Below the pieces are notes generated by a model that worked only from the letters and a program-made list of their open reading frames with translations, did no database searches and had not been told where the DNA came from. A program made the translations under genes and the position numbers. Positions 56,969 through 57,863 of a DNA stretch of 57,863 bases are shown here, piece after piece. The stretch spans positions 1 to 57,863 of the forward strand of contig SYCI01000145.1 in NCBI GenBank assembly GCA_005787035.1, read 5' to 3'. The stretch comes from Actinomycetota bacterium (lineage in GTDB: Bacteria; Actinomycetota; Acidimicrobiia; Acidimicrobiales; Ilumatobacteraceae). How positions within the stretch are numbered: position 1 is the first letter of the stretch; the number at the start of each line of letters is the position of its first letter.

Positions 56969-57223
56969 TCAGACCGCCGGAACGATGTCGACGACTCGGC
57001 GTCCACGCCGCTCGCCGAACTTCACGGCACCGTCGACCAATGCGAACAACGTGTCGTCGCCGCCGATGCCGACGTTCTTGCCGGGGTGGAACTGGGTTCC
57101 GCGCTGACGCACGACGATCGTGCCGGCGGTGACCTGAGTTCCCGAGAAGACCTTGACTCCGAGACGCTGCGCGTTGGAGTCGCGCCCGTTACGAGTTGAT
57201 CCGCCACCCTTTGTCTTTGACAT
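56969..57223 (-). CDS. rpmA: 50S ribosomal protein L27
   Basis: [24 protein letters not shown]..., the canonical L27 sequence. Confidence 0.97.
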   Translation of the reverse strand: MSKTKGGGSTRNGRDSNAQRLGVKVFSGTQVTAGTIVVRQRGTQFHPGKNVGIGGDDTLFALVDGAVKFGERRGRRVVDIVPAV

Positions 57224-57226
57224 GGC

Positions 57227-57538
57227 TCAGCCCTTCGCGATCGAGGTGATTTCGACGACCTGATAGCGCTGGCGGTGTCCGTACCGGCGACGCTGGTTCG
57301 TACGGCGCTTGTACGTGAAGCCATCGATCTTGGGGCCCGATGCGGTGCCGACGATGCGCCCCGACACCTTGGCCTTGGCGAGTTGGTCGGGCGTGGACAG
57401 AACGGTGTCGCCGTCGACGAGCAGCACGGGCGTGAAGTCCACCGCAGCGCCCTGATCGGCACCGAGGAGTTCGACATGCACCTGCTGACCCTGGGCCACA
57501 CGGACCTGCTTGCCACCGGTTGCGATTACTGCGTACAT
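57227..57538 (-). CDS. rplU: 50S ribosomal protein L21
   Basis: MYAVIATGGKQVRV..., the canonical L21 sequence. Start trimmed to ATG 57538. Confidence 0.95.
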   Translation of the reverse strand: MYAVIATGGKQVRVAQGQQVHVELLGADQGAAVDFTPVLLVDGDTVLSTPDQLAKAKVSGRIVGTASGPKIDGFTYKRRTNQRRRYGHRQRYQVVEITSIAKG

Positions 57539-57588
57539 AGCGATTGACGAGCCTACCCGAGCCCGAGGCGGGGGAACAACGCCGACCG

Positions 57589-57863
57589 TCAGTTCAAGAG
57601 CTCGTGATCGACCACGACACCCCGGCCGAGACAGACCTGGCACTGGTCGGCGAAGCTCGTGAGCAGGCCCTCACCGATCCGCTTGCGGGTCATCTCGACC
57701 AGACCGAGTTCGGAGATGTCGAACACCTGCGTACGGGTCTTGTCGCGGGACAAAGCCGACCGGAAGGCTTCCACGACCTTCTTGCGGTTCTCCTTGATCT
57801 CCATGTCGATGAAGTCGATCACGATGATGCCGCCGATGTCGCGCAGTCGGAGTTGATGGGCGA
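57589..57863 (-). CDS. rne: ribonuclease E/G, C-terminal end only (gene runs off the right edge)
   Basis: The reverse complement from the window edge reads AHQLRLRDIGGIIVIDFIDME...EMTRKR..., the conserved end of the RNase E/G catalytic domain. Sits in the canonical rne-rplU-rpmA-obg order. Confidence 0.85.
   Translation of the reverse strand, partial: AHQLRLRDIGGIIVIDFIDMEIKENRKKVVEAFRSALSRDKTRTQVFDISELGLVEMTRKRIGEGLLTSFADQCQVCLGRGVVVDHELLN

Noticed and set aside
1-57863. Window-wide look for tRNA/rRNA genes, CRISPR arrays, IS elements or transposases, prophage genes, toxin-antitoxin pairs, or a compositional island indicating a defence or accessory system.
   Set aside because: Essentially every stretch over 120 nt is covered by a recognisable housekeeping or conserved-hypothetical CDS of uniform high GC. 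I saw no integrase or transposase motifs, no terminal inverted repeats and no spacer-repeat arrays. The only AT-rich patch is the 60-nt pyrC-carA spacer.

Overview
This is a high-GC, very gene-dense chromosomal core region of an Actinomycetota-type genome. MtrAB plus an LpqB-like lipoprotein, SepF, DUF3040, Ppm1 and a PimB-like GT4 all point that way, but I cannot place it more finely. I call about 62 protein genes. I found no tRNA, rRNA, CRISPR, transposase, integrase or phage genes, and very little non-coding DNA. All product calls rest on motifs I recognise in the supplied translations, not on database searches.

Gene order from left to right:
- 1-4.0 kb (minus strand): carB' (14 codons), carA, pyrC, pyrB, pyrR.
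- 4.1-9.5 kb (minus): rluD, lspA, a DksA-like protein with a Lys/Ala/Pro histone-like tail, ileS.
- 9.5-26.6 kb (minus): yggT, sepF, yggS, pgeF, ftsZ, ftsQ, murB, murC, murG, ftsW, murD, mraY, murE, ftsI, ftsL-like, rsmH, mraZ. This is a full dcw cluster without murF, ddl, ftsA or divIVA.
- 26.7-28.3 kb (plus): a secreted M23 peptidase with four PG-binding domains, divergent from mraZ.
- 28.3-34.3 kb (minus): LplA/LipB-like protein, HNH endonuclease, small TM protein, acyl-CoA dehydrogenase, ROK kinase, DUF3040, dinB, ppm1.
- 34.3-38.1 kb (plus): small membrane protein, IMPase, mtrA, mtrB, short lpqB-like gene.
- 38.1-41.0 kb: pfkA (minus), a 2-TM protein and glpK (plus).
- 41.0-51.7 kb (minus): ACT-domain protein, aminotransferase, ROK glucokinase-like, SRPBCC, 4-TM protein, GT4, queG, Cys-rich protein, GMC oxidoreductase, histidine phosphatase, VWA (CoxE-like), MoxR (CoxD-like).
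- 51.8-57.9 kb: murJ (plus), proB and obg (minus), dGTPase-like (plus), rpmA, rplU and rne' (minus).

I do not see a self-contained, obviously novel system such as a defence island. The most interesting leads are:
- A reversed-order, cysteine-less histone-tail::DksA fusion.
- A textbook-like phased AAAGTGG MraZ operator inside a polypurine tract that is shared with the divergent M23 hydrolase gene.
- An orphan MoxR/CoxE-VWA pair tightly linked to a histidine phosphatase and a GMC flavoprotein.
- A tightly packed LplA-like/HNH/small-TM/ACAD block at the window centre.
- A GerMN-only mini LpqB.
- Ser/Arg/Thr-rich tails on divisome proteins.
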